Source of the DNA: Tubulanus polymorphus
Taxonomy: Eukaryota > Animalia > Nemertea
Direction of reading: 5' to 3'
Assembly (NCBI RefSeq): GCF_964204645.1
Contig: NC_134031.1
Coordinates: forward strand, 13,751,807 to 13,815,806
Length of the DNA: 64,000 nt
Shown: in pieces, positions 54,507 to 64,000 of the stretch
Position numbering within the stretch: the stretch's first letter is position 1
Layout of the letters: every line of letters starts with the position of its first letter
Notes under the pieces: model-generated
The model's input: the letters and a program-made list of their open reading frames with translations, nothing else
What the model was told of the DNA's origin: nothing
Database searches by the model: none
Program-made: the position numbers and the translations under genes

Positions 54507-55372
54507 GTATTTATGCCATTATAGGCCGGTACTCGAAAAACGCCTAATGAAAAACAGAATCAGAAAACACATAACGCCTAATTCCTAGAAAATGACCTAA
54601 TTTCGTTACTGTACTCTACTGAGACTCACGATCCAACTCAATTATAATCATCAACGGAACAGTTTGAAAATACATGTGTTTTACGCTTCACGAAATGAGA
54701 CTACTACTCTATAAACTGCATTATAGGATGATGCTAGAATTAATTACATAACCCGAAAACAAACGCCGCGCTTATAAACCAGCTTTCTTGAATTTTGAAA
54801 CCGGAATGCATAAATATGGTACAACCTACGCTCATAGGTACAACACACACAAAGACTGATAAAATAGCCTTTCTCAAAATATCCTCCAAAACGGTTCACA
54901 ACCACGTTTATGTGAACCTAGGCCTACCAAACCAATGAGAGACTAAATAATGTCCAACCCCTGAACTTCCTTGAACAAAAAATGATAAACTATATGTTCC
55001 ATGAAATAAATGTCTTTTATTATCATAATACTCTGTCTTAATATGAAATGATAACATAGATAAGCCTGTGTTTTGGTTGTGTAACAAAACGAGCGTCGAA
55101 ACGATAGTAGAATCAAAGATGGAACAAGCGGGACTCCACGCTCTCCTACGTGAACTATGTAACGTTGCGTACATAGTTCACATAGGGATTTAGGTCAATT
55201 TCTTGGATGTTACTATGAATTAGGCGATATGCGTTTTCCGATGCGGTGTTTTCCGATTGTAGGCACCATATCATTAAGAATTGAACATTTTTACGGTGGA
55301 ACCCGCTTAATTTGATGAAATTCTTCCGGTTTATGAGCAATCTGTTTTAACGCTTTTGCTGCTTAGGCCTAT

Positions 55373-56229
55373 CAGAGATGCTAGTTTTCCAGAAATATCC
55401 GGAATTCCGGAAATTTAGGATCGCCGATGTCAATTCCGGAAATTGGGTGAGAATTCCTCGCGGCGACCAGTAATGGCACGCACCGTAAAAGCGTTCATTT
55501 GCTTGTACTCGTCGTCGCTTCTGTGTTATTTTATCTTGGTCTCTGTTTCTGAGGACGTTCTGCTACAATGTATATATGTGTGCTTGTTGTGGTATCTGTG
55601 CGTGCGTAGGCGGAGCGCCACTGTTGTGACGCCATTTCCAATTAAAAGTCAATTATCTTTACGCGCCGTTGTACATCGTCCTGCTGACGGCCAACAATGT
55701 GAAGATGCACGTGGTAATAATTAAGATGATATCTAATAAATATCATCTTAATTATTACCACGTGCGTGCTATGTCCTGAGGCACGCAGCTTTGTAACTTT
55801 CTTTTTGCCTGCAGCTGTCAAGCGGGACGGTCTGCAAAATGAGCACGCATGGAAAGATTGTCAGTCGGGAGTCGGCCGATATAAGGGCAATTGACAGCGG
55901 TATAAAAAATAAATTTAACTGGCACTGGCTAGAGTGTAAGGACAGTAATGGGGACTACTTATCGAACTACATTCGTAAGTTAGACTTAGCTGGCGTGGCG
56001 TACTGCATCGTTTGTAAAGACCAGGTCAAATACGGTAGTTGCGGGAAAAAAGATATTCTTCGTCACCCGGATAAGCATAAGCAGCAAGGGATGTGAAGCA
56101 CAACGAATGCCTGCCGTCGTATTTTCAGATACCCAGATCGCTCTAGAACGCATTTCCGGCGATGCAAAAACACAAAAAGACCCCCGTTCTAAATTCCGGA
56201 ATGTTGGTACTTTGGCCCTAGCATCTCTG
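55373..56229 (+). mobile_element. Internally deleted hAT-like transposon with 6-bp TSD, in a GLO1 intron
   Basis: 12-bp TIR cagagatgctag; TSD GCCTAT (55367-55372 and 56230-56235); retains transposase N-terminus. Confidence 0.82.
55839..56096 (+). pseudogene. N-terminal zinc-finger fragment of a hAT-type transposase
   Basis: KNKFNWHWLE...GVAYCIVCKDQVKYGSCGKKDILRH (BED/TTF-like pattern) lying inside the TIRs. Confidence 0.7.
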
Positions 56230-56582
56230 GCCTATGGCGTTTTAAAAATATCATGTGAGTGACACCTGATGCTGTGCGTATGACATTTTCAAAATGCCAT
56301 GCATCTATTGAGCTTAAATCTGCACAGAGCAAACAGTTAAAAAATACATTTGAGAATTTTTGAAACGAAAATTCCAAATTTTTCTTTCGGCAAATGCAGT
56401 ACGCACTGGGCAGTGCAGGTAGGGTTAAATGTATTCTACACACATTCATGTATAGGTTGTTCATAAATGATAACGGATTAAACTGATCAGAATCGAGCAG
56501 ATTTGACTGTATCAGCAATTTTTACGATAAGATGGAAATGTTAGTTATCCAGCTACGTATGCCATTTCTATTATGTTTTCAG

Positions 56583-56723
56583 ACTTCTCAAAAGATTGGA
56601 TTTTGATCAAATGAAGTTTAGTCTTTATTTCATGGGCTTTGAAAACGCTGAGGATATTCCTTCTGATGAAAGCGAGAGGACTCAATTCTGTTTCACGAGA
56701 AAAGCAACATTAGAGCTAACTCA
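56583..56723 (+). CDS. GLO1: Glyoxalase I exon, 141 bp
   Basis: ttcag|[20 protein letters not shown]...RKATLELT|gtaagt; phase matches the previous exon. Confidence 0.93.
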
Positions 56724-56739
56724 GTAAGTAATTGTCAGA

Positions 56740-57015
56740 TAGCCTTGGGAGTTGCTTTCCCACCCTAATATCGGAACATTTTTTTTGAAGTTTTAAAAAC
56801 GCTTCTATGGATTGTCTTGATATTTGGTTCATACACGTGTCTACCCTAAACATTTCTGCAGTCCAAAAACTGGCCCAATCAGAATCAAAATTGCCATTTT
56901 CGTCGTTGAAATCCAGCACATTTTTCAAGTTTTCTAGGGGAATTTCGGAAACACTGATCAATTATCTTGATGTTTCATATATATATATATATATAATATA
57001 TATATATATATATTT

Positions 57016-57046
<31 letters not shown>

Positions 57047-57194
57047 TATATATATACATGCATCCCCTTAGGGCCATGAGCATAAGAAAACCTAAGATTG
57101 CCGTCCTGTGATGTTTTGGCGCCCAAACTTTAATATTGAAATTCAGATTTGTCCACTTCCCAATTGGGTATGGTATCCCTGGACCCCTAGTTTA
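56740..57194 (+). mobile_element. Deleted copy of the HINE family at 60203-61394, with internal (TA)n
   Basis: Shares tgtctaccct...caaaaactggcc..tcagaatcaa and the 3' end ccacttcccaa..ggg.atggt.tccctggacccctagtt. Confidence 0.7.
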
Positions 57195-57878
57195 CCTCGA
57201 AACCACGAAAGTTCATCAATCATTTCTAAATTAAACATTATTAATTACGCAGCTACCTAGTTGTCATTTGTCACTGAAAATCCCTGTCTGAACAATTGAA
57301 CATCCGAGGTAAATGTACATTGACAAAGATTGCTTTTGATGAAAAATGTACAATTTGAAGATTCGTAGAGGTTCGCTGTGTTAATCTGGTTTAGAATAAA
57401 TACAACACAAATAGTAGGTTAACGACAGTAGACTCCGCCTGAGTTGGATCTGATTAACTCGGATAACCATTCACCTCGGATGTCTTTTGAAAATTTTTTT
57501 TTTTGACACTAAAATACAAAATACATATCAATGGCCACTCACATATCACTTAAGTCAGGCACATTTTTACTGACCCAAAAGATATGACTTGAGCAAAGTC
57601 TACTACAGTTTATTTGACGTATAAGCTTCCATTACTAGTGCATTGTAGTTTCATCAGGTGATGAGTATAGTCAGTGGAAAAACAACAGTATTTATAGGCA
57701 GATGACACTTATTAGAGACAACTGAGTCATAAACCTGATGTAGGTTCTATACTTTAGTAGCGAAAGCTTGTGCGTCAATTAACAGGTTAACCTGTAAAAG
57801 TAAAATTCGTCTTGTATTCATTCATGTACAATTTGGGAGAACAACTTATATTTTCATGAATTTATACAATTTCTACAG

Positions 57879-57946
57879 CAACTGGGGCACAGAAGACAAA
57901 CTGGAATTTGAATATCACAATGGTAATAAGGATCCTCAGGGATTTG
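57879..57946 (+). CDS. GLO1: Glyoxalase I exon, 68 bp
   Basis: ctacag|(H)NWGTEDKLEFEYHNGNKDPQGF|gtaagt. Confidence 0.95.
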
Positions 57947-57961
57947 GTAAGTGATATTTTA

Positions 57962-58612
57962 GGCCACACCAAAAAAAAATCCTGTTGCTCGGGCGGGGTA
58001 ATCACCAAAATGGGTAGGTCGGTAGGGAATTTTTTTTTCTTTTTATAGAAAAAAAATTTCGAGTATTCTTCTGACAGTGGGTAGGTCGCCGTAAATGATT
58101 TTTTACGGGACCAAATTTCCAGTTAAAAATGTGATTAGCAGCTAGACGACCACAATAATAAAGGGAAGTTGATGTTTTTGTATATATTTCACGCTTGGAA
58201 ACTGTTTATAAAAAGAAAAACATCAAAATCTTGAATAGGTGTATAATATATTGTATACGGAATTCCTGGAATTTTACAATCCAAGGTCGCCATTAATATC
58301 TGATTAGCAACATTGTCTGAGCACACAAGTACCATATCCAGAATAAAATTGTTAAATCCGATGTAATAAGATATTTTTATCATGTCGTCTCGGTGCCGAC
58401 ATCACGCTTTCACGAAAAAGAAATAATATTTACGAGAATGGAGAGCTTTGTAGTCGGTCGGCCACATGTGTATTTTTGAAAATAGTTATTTCATCCACAA
58501 TTTTGAAATAGGGCCGGTAGGCAATTTTATTTTATTTCGAAAATAATTATTTGAAATGACGAAATATCGGGTCGATCGGGCCCGAGAAACAGGGTTTTCT
58601 TTTGGTGTGGCC
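57962..58612. mobile_element. Zator/PIF-like MITE in a GLO1 intron
   Basis: TTA|ggccacaccaaaa ... ttttggtgtggcc|TTA. Confidence 0.85.
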
Positions 58613-58674
58613 TTAGTATAGAATTAGGATCCAAAATTTTAGCACGCTTGTAATTGTGCGTTGGTTTGCTGTAG

Positions 58675-58764
58675 GTCACATCGGAATAGGTGTTCATGAT
58701 ATTGATGCTGCTTGTGAGCGATTTGAAAAACTTGGAGTTACATTCGTCAAAAAACCTAACGATG
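58675..58764 (+). CDS. GLO1: Glyoxalase I exon, 90 bp
   Basis: tgtag|[30 protein letters not shown]|gtaagt. Confidence 0.95.
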
Positions 58765-59149
58765 GTAAGTTACATGCTAAAGCCTAGCACACATCATTGC
58801 TTTGAATCAGCGGAAATAATACTTAAACAATGTTTAATACACGTCATTCTCAGGGTTGTTAGTTTTAAGGAATAAATTCCACTGGCCCAGAGGATTTAAT
58901 TTGATACTGGTCCTCCATCATCTTACTGGCCCCAGTTTTAATACTGCTGTCTTTTTTGGCCCACTCAGGACTTAAGTCCCTGGACCCAATTCCACAGTTC
59001 TGACTCAAGAGAATGAAAAAAATTGAATGAGAGAATAAAAGAGATTGAAAACAAACCAATTTAAACTCAAGAGTTAGGCTTAACTCTAACTCATGACTGA
59101 ATTTCCATGAAGTTCGTTGTAATGAGGTTGTTTAATTTTCTTTTCACAG

Positions 59150-59259
59150 GAAAAATGAAGAATATTGCTTTCCTTCAAGATCCAGATGGCTACTGGATTG
59201 AAATCATTGATGCTCCAAAGATTGTACAAATTGAAAAAGACATGATACAAAAAGCTTAA
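59150..59259 (+). CDS. GLO1: Glyoxalase I last coding exon
   Basis: tcacag|[36 protein letters not shown]; AATAAA signals downstream (~59460, ~59487, ~59843). Confidence 0.95.
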
Positions 59260-60028
59260 GGCTGCATACAAGGAATGATTAAGCTGTGATTCAGTACCAC
59301 CATTTTTAGCCAACACAAGCTAGCAATTGCATTTGCGTTTCAAAATTTTAGAAATTAAAAGCGTTTTCCGAGCACTTAGAGCGATCTTGAACCCATGAGA
59401 ACGATCTTGTTGTAAAGATTTGAATGTAATATCATTACCTTTATGCATGTGTCGGGGGTAATAAATGGATGGTCCAAAATGTGTCCAATAAACATAAGAT
59501 TCCTACTACAGATGATTCGAATCCTGTATTCGGCTTATGGTAGGAAATGACGTTGGTTGTTTCATAGCTTGTTCTGTGATACGTTGTGCGAGATCTTTTG
59601 AATGGTCCGGCATAAAAGTCACAGTGCCTCAGAACTTTCCTTGAGTTAATTAGTTGTAAAACGCTCGATTCGTCTATATGAGCATGATGTTTAGAAGCTA
59701 CGATTTATTTTTTTTTCTTCAACCTTTACAACGAAGTATCGGATACAACAGTTTTTGTTTTGCCCCCAGAACTTTTTAGTAAGGAGGTTTGATTGTACAA
59801 TGTTCCTTCCAGGTGGATAGATTTTGAAATAGCCTGATTTTCAATAAACTTTTTACATTTGCTAGCCGCCATTTTGTCAGGGTGCTTTAGTCCTAGATCG
59901 TTGGGTCATCTTTTTTCTTTGTTAAAAACTATTTATGATGCGTGTTTTATCACATTCAGTCAACCTCGGTTAATCAATCTCCGGTTACACCGTATAAGTA
60001 CTTTTTCCGTATAAATAAAATGGTCCCA

Positions 60029-61906
60029 TTTTAAGCTCCACTGTGACCGAAGGTAAGGGGGTGAGCCGTCGTCGTCTGTCCGTTCGTGCGTCTGTCAACT
60101 TTTTCTTCAAATCACTACTAGTCCTACAGTTTTAATCAGATAAATTCCAAATTTGGTATGAATGTTCTATGGACCTAGGCCTATAGAGTTAGGGAGCCAT
60201 TTTTAGCCCACTTGGGACTTTTATTGCTTTCACTTTTCGTCCGTTGTCCGTCCGTAGACGGAATCCAGTTATTTTGGGAAGTTTTGAAGACGCTTCAATG
60301 TAATGTCTTGATATTTGGGTTACACATGTATCTACCCTAGACACATCTTCAGCCCAAAAACTGGCCCTGTCAGAATCAAGATGGCCGACTGGCAGCCATT
60401 GTTGTTCGCCAAGATCGGCACTTTTTACACATTTTTGAACTTTTTGAGGGAAATTTTGAAGACACTTTGATCAATTACCTTGATGTTTTGTAATATATTT
60501 AATTCCCCCAAGGGCCCATCACCATAAGAAAAATTGGTTTGATCGGACTCAAGATGGTCGTCCTATGACCTTTTTAGTGCCCAAAAATGTCAATTTTGGC
60601 CCATTGCAATTTGTGATGGGTATTCTTTGAAAAGGGATCTTTTATACCTGATTTTTGATCAGCCAATTATGACACAATTGGCGGCCATTTTGGTGTCATC
60701 AGTACTGATTCGTAGGTGGAAGAAAGTTTTTCCACATTAAATTGATACCTTAGCATATTGTGTTACCATAATCAATTGGAAAGTTGTAGCTCATAATGTG
60801 TCCTATGATTGTGGTGAGTTTCAAGTTCATTGGTTTTGTATATGGCCACAAGGGGGCGTTGAATAATACAATAACTTAGTATTTCTATATTATACTTGTA
60901 CCTCTGCATATTTTGTTACCACAATCAATTGCAAAGTTGTAGCTCATGACATCAAATATCATTGTGGTGAGTTTAAAGGACATTAGTTATTCTATATGGT
61001 CACCAGGGGGTGTTGAATAGTAGAATAACTTAGTATTTCTTATTAGATTGGTTCCAAGGCATATTTTGTAACCATGACCGATTGCAAAGTTGTAGTTCAT
61101 GACATGTTCTATGATTGTGGTGAGTTTCAAGATCATTGGGTTTTGCATATGGTCACCAGCGGGCGTTGAATAGTAGAATAACTTAGCATTTCCTTATTAA
61201 ATTAGTAACAAGGCATATTTTGTTATCACAATCAATTACAAAATCGTAGCTGCTGACATGTTCTATTTTGGCGAGTTTCAAGGTCATTGGTTTTTGTATA
61301 TGGTCACCAGGGGGCGTTGAATATTGAAATTGTTAGATTGTTGAGCATTTGAAACCACTTCCCAAGTGGGCATGGTGTCCCTGGACCCCTAGTTTGGATT
61401 TGTCCCCCAGGGGCGCCCCTGGGGATGGAGTTTCTATTTCTTCAAATCGCTACAAGTCCTACAGTTTTAATCAGATCAATTCCAAATTTGGTATGAATGT
61501 TTTATCAACCAAGGCCTATAAAGTTACAGAGCCATTTTTTGGATTCGTCCCCCAGGGGGTGCCATTTCTATTTCTTCAAATCGCTAATTTTCCTAGTTTT
61601 AATCAGATCAATTCCAAATTTGGTATGAATATTCTATGGACCTAGGCCTATAAAGTCACACTGCCAATTTTTGGATTTGTCCCTCAGGGGGCGCTCCTGG
61701 GGGTGGAGTTTTTTATTTCTTCAAATTGCTACTAGTCCTACAGTTTTAATCAGATCAAGTCCAAATTTGGTATGAATGTTCTATGGACCAATACCTACAG
61801 TACAGAGCCCTTTTTGTATTTGGCCAAAAGGGGGCACCCCTAGGTATGCAGCTTCTATTTCTTCAAATCACACAGCGGAGCTATATAAGCCGACAGGCTC
61901 CTTGTT
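60029..61906 (+). mobile_element. HINE (DINE-1-like), outer
   Basis: subTIRs agctccactgtg / cacagcggagct, gtc-rich microsatellite, internal tandem repeats, 3' hairpin ending cttgtt. Confidence 0.8.
60203..61394 (+). mobile_element. HINE of a second family, nested in a T-run of the outer HINE
   Basis: subTIRs gcccacttggga / tcccaagtgggc, (gtcc)n, ~170-bp tandem repeats at 60740-61325; removing it restores gagccattttt-tggattt. Confidence 0.8.
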
Positions 61907-62946
61907 CGGTAACGTTATTCCCTTTAATATTCTCTGTCTAATTCGTACTCCATAATCCGTATTTTCACTTATTCCGTAGACAAATGAATGGTCCCGTTGC
62001 CCAATTTATATGAAAATCCTTATTTGTAATCCGTATCAGCTGTCGGGAACATGCACATGCAAAAATTATAAACATCTGTAATCTAATGAGGTTAATGTGG
62101 CCAGTAGGAAATATGAGAAACTCCAGAAAACACTGAAGTTTATCCATCAATGTCACACCAGGGGGTGTTTTCTTTTCATGTATTAATGATATCAAATGGA
62201 TCTAAGTAATGAACCATCGGATACTATGAACTTTTTATTCCCCCCCTCCAACAGATCGTTACAACGTCATTCTACTGTAGTAGTAATGACTAAACCAGCT
62301 ATTATACGGATTGTGCACATAAATTCAAAGTTTATACGGGTAATAGTTAATTCGTATCAATTACGAATTATCTGTTATCCGTATATCACTTAATCCGTAC
62401 TAAGAAGCTCAGTCCCTAGTGATACGGATTAACCGAGGTTGACTGTATTCCATTGGTCCAGAGATGGATGTCGAGCTTTGGCAACATTCTAATCGTGTAA
62501 ATCAGGGGCAGATTTAGGGGGGTCCAGACTCCTGCCTTCCATTAAGGTTGACCTTTCCATCAAGACGGAAGTTGTGAAAACTGATCAATTTGACACTCAT
62601 CCCGTCTGAAATTGTATCTTTTTGAGTTTGTTTCTTCAAAAATATCTTAATACCGAGAAATTTAAAAAAAAACTGGCCAAATTTGTAAAAACTTAGAAGT
62701 TCCTTATTTCTATAAATAATTTTTGAAGAAATTAAATTAAAACATTTGAGAAACAGTGCGCATAAACGCCCCTTTGAAGCGGAATGTAAAAGATATCTTC
62801 CAAAATTTGTTTTATACGGCTGTTCAACTGCAGCACATATGTTGCCATTCCGAGTTTTAGCACTGTTTTCTATGAGTGTACGTATTTCAGTGTATGTGTA
62901 TTAATTTTTCATTTTGATTGTGCAGATTTACTTCTAGGCCTGATAA

Positions 62947-63611
62947 TGCACCAGTCAGTGAAATGCACCGCCCTGGGGGAGGGAGGTGGGGGGATTAGCA
63001 CTATTTAAGACTCAGTGGCGATCCAGCGACTAAATATCATGGATTCCATGCGGTAACATCCACGCATTAGCACACTCCCCAGGTAGTACCGCATTACACT
63101 GCATTATAAACAATGATTTCATTTTGCAGTGAACTGCTTGCATAAATCGTATAATCAGTGTACCCAGTCCTGGAAGTGGTTGTTTCCCGTGATCTCCATC
63201 GCTCTACCATCCTAGTCTCTGTGATACATCTGACACTAAGGTTCTTGGTGAAACGATCAGTACCGGTAACTCTAAATTAATGTTTTGTGGTTTATGTGAA
63301 GAATTCATACTGTTTTAGTTTATAGTCCTTAGCCGGTTAAGGGCTTATTGGGTACATCTCTTTATCGTCAACTTTGAACATTGCGTATGATTCATAACGC
63401 TCCACTTGGACAATATCCCCGCCATTATGTGTGATCTGTAGTGCAAACCTCCCCGCTTGGAGGGGTGATGCACAGCACAAACATAATATGTACTGAAATT
63501 GTGTCACTGCTAGCAACGCAATGAATACCCGTTGAGCGATCATCTAGTGTCAGCGCTGATCCCCGTTTTCATGCCCCATCCCCCCAGCAGTGTACTTCAC
63601 TCACTGGTGCA
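62947..63611. mobile_element. MITE with apparent TAA TSD
   Basis: TAA|tgcaccagtcagtgaa ... ttcactcactggtgca|TAA, with subterminal G and C runs. Confidence 0.65.
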
Positions 63612-63743
63612 TAATTTACCATTCACTCCCTTTACTACCTGATCTCTGTAACTCCACAGTACCAGACCTATTTTTTGTGATATTTAACGCTACACATATC
63701 TTTGAAGGTGCTAAAGTGTTATCTTGTAAAGAAAACTAATAAA

Positions 63744-64000
63744 CAGTCAACCCCGCATAAGTCGGACATCGAATTAGTCGTATCATCACATCTCTCGTAT
63801 AATTATTTTGGTCCCGATATTTTTCTTCTTTAAACCCAATTATGCTTATAACTCGCGCTCAGTAAGTCGAATTTTCACTTAAGTTGTATCAATTTTGGAA
63901 GCCAAATCTTCTTATTCCATTCAAAATAAAGTAAGTCGTAGCCCGATATGCCGGCAGCAGATAAAAATACCCTACGATATTGTCTATGGAAGTGTTTAGA
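63744..64000. mobile_element. Left end of a pogo/Tc1-like MITE, running off the window
   Basis: cagtcaacccc start and repeated taagtcg motifs; second TIR not visible. Confidence 0.45.

Larger units (their letters stand above)
59957..62445. mobile_element. pogo/Tc1-like MITE hosting nested HINEs
   Basis: 19-bp TIR cagtcaacctcggttaatc / gattaaccgaggttgactg; TA on the right, TT on the left. Confidence 0.75.

Noticed and set aside
63337-63543. Possible secreted-peptide ORF
   Set aside because: Lies inside a MITE, has a non-ATG start and no recognisable motif

Overview
Repeat-dense eukaryotic DNA, most likely from a marine invertebrate bilaterian. Positions 1-~5075 hold the right part of a very AT-rich Polinton/Maverick (adintovirus-like) endogenous virus on the minus strand. 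It encodes a protein-primed PolB whose catalytic DTD motif reads DTN, a small hypothetical protein and a penton-like ORF that runs off the window edge. A 187-bp hairpin abuts it. Next come a decayed RTE-X LINE between two inverted copies of a MULE-like element, a GPCR pseudogene split by a MITE, and a cluster of Helentron-type non-autonomous units (HINEs) with a near-exact 3,820-bp tandem duplication. The last HINE unit carries two diverged ~6-kb non-coding TIR elements (CATTATGAG ends, no clear target-site duplication) in opposite orientation, forming a ~13-kb quasi-palindrome. The right third contains MULE-, piggyBac-, hAT- and Zator/PIF-like elements, a foldback of hairpin-forming minisatellites, five coding exons of glyoxalase I (first exon not located) and a three-level nested insertion. 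No tRNA, rRNA or CRISPR arrays were found. TE superfamily calls rest on terminal motifs and TSD lengths only.
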